Below, one piece after another: positions 63,661 through 64,000 of a stretch of 64,000 bases of DNA (position 1 is its first letter; every line of letters starts with the position of its first letter). The position numbers and the translations under genes are program-made. This DNA comes from Candidatus Limnocylindrales bacterium (GTDB lineage: Bacteria; Verrucomicrobiota; Verrucomicrobiia; Limisphaerales; UBA8199). Below the pieces are notes generated by a model that saw nothing but the letters and a program-made list of their open reading frames with translations, ran no database searches and was not told where the DNA came from. Location: assembly GCA_035495315.1 (NCBI GenBank), contig DATJGF010000229.1:105613-169612 (forward strand), in the 5' to 3' direction.

Positions 63661-63912
63661 TTATCTTCGGTATCCGAGGCCGGCGTCGTTCGGGAGATGT
63701 TTGAGCAGTTGAGTGAATGCTTCGAGGCCGCCTGCGGAAGCGCCGATGCCAACGATCGGAAAATCGGCGGTTGATGGATTATTGGATTGATGGATGGATT
63801 GACCCGCCTTCGTCTGACTTCGGCGCAGTGAATTGCTGGAGGGCGCGCGGAAGCCCGCTTTCCTATTGGTGGACTTTCGCCTTTTTGCCCTCGTTATGAA
63901 CTGACGTTTCAC
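63661..63912 (-). pseudogene. N-terminal fragment of a CheB/CheR-type methylesterase-methyltransferase signalling protein
   Basis: DFPIVGIGASAGGLEAFTQLLKHLPNDAG matches the start of the CheB-like domain of large CheB/CheR-PAS-kinase proteins. The ORF stops 6 codons later and nothing CheB-like follows in any frame. Confidence 0.5.
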
Positions 63913-64000
63913 TTGCCTAATTCCTGAGTTGCCAGCGGAAGCGAAAAGGGAGAATTCTGGATCCGCGCACTACTACATTATGTAACCCCCCTCCGAGAGT

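Overview
This is a 64-kb, gene-dense, GC-rich chromosomal segment with about 55 credible protein genes. GC was judged by eye, not computed. The lineage is probably the PVC superphylum, most likely Verrucomicrobiota. That inference rests on three isolated prepilin-type N-methylation-domain genes, a HAF-repeat surface protein, a Chlamydia/PVC-type L28 with an internal basic insertion, a Tat-signal Gfo/Idh/MocA oxidoreductase and a DUF2961/GH172 gene. Core content: scoA(partial)-scoB-fabI; a type IV filament/T2SS-like operon (lipoprotein secretin, PilM-PilN fusion, PilO-like, PilP-like, GspE/PilB ATPase); rpmB; DUF1015; M16 peptidase-pabB-pabC; pagL-like-nadC-birA-coaX; dnaJ-like, ftsH, degP; efp; an orphan NtrC-type activator; and a TetR-HlyD-ABC-ABC2 operon. 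I found no rRNA, tRNA, CRISPR array or intact mobile element. No recognisable defence system is present. Four things stand out. (1) Nearly every convergent gene junction, and the birA-coaX spacer, is filled with long structured repeats from at least four sequence families. These include GTAG-headed REP/REPIN-like doublets, and a decayed RayT/IS200-like Y1 transposase lies at 2945-3276. (2) The secretin-first pilus/T2SS-like operon lacks a platform protein, pilin and peptidase genes. (3) An ATGA-coupled pair encodes a 6-TM double-DUF3592 protein ending in a beta-sandwich module, followed by a free-standing paralog of that module, with a 29-bp exact repeat nearby. (4) There are gene-decay and low-GC patches: 6927-7915, 49502-49779 and 61982-63912, the last with a CheB/CheR-type fragment and an Asp-less receiver. 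All product calls come from reading the translations against remembered family motifs. No database search was run.
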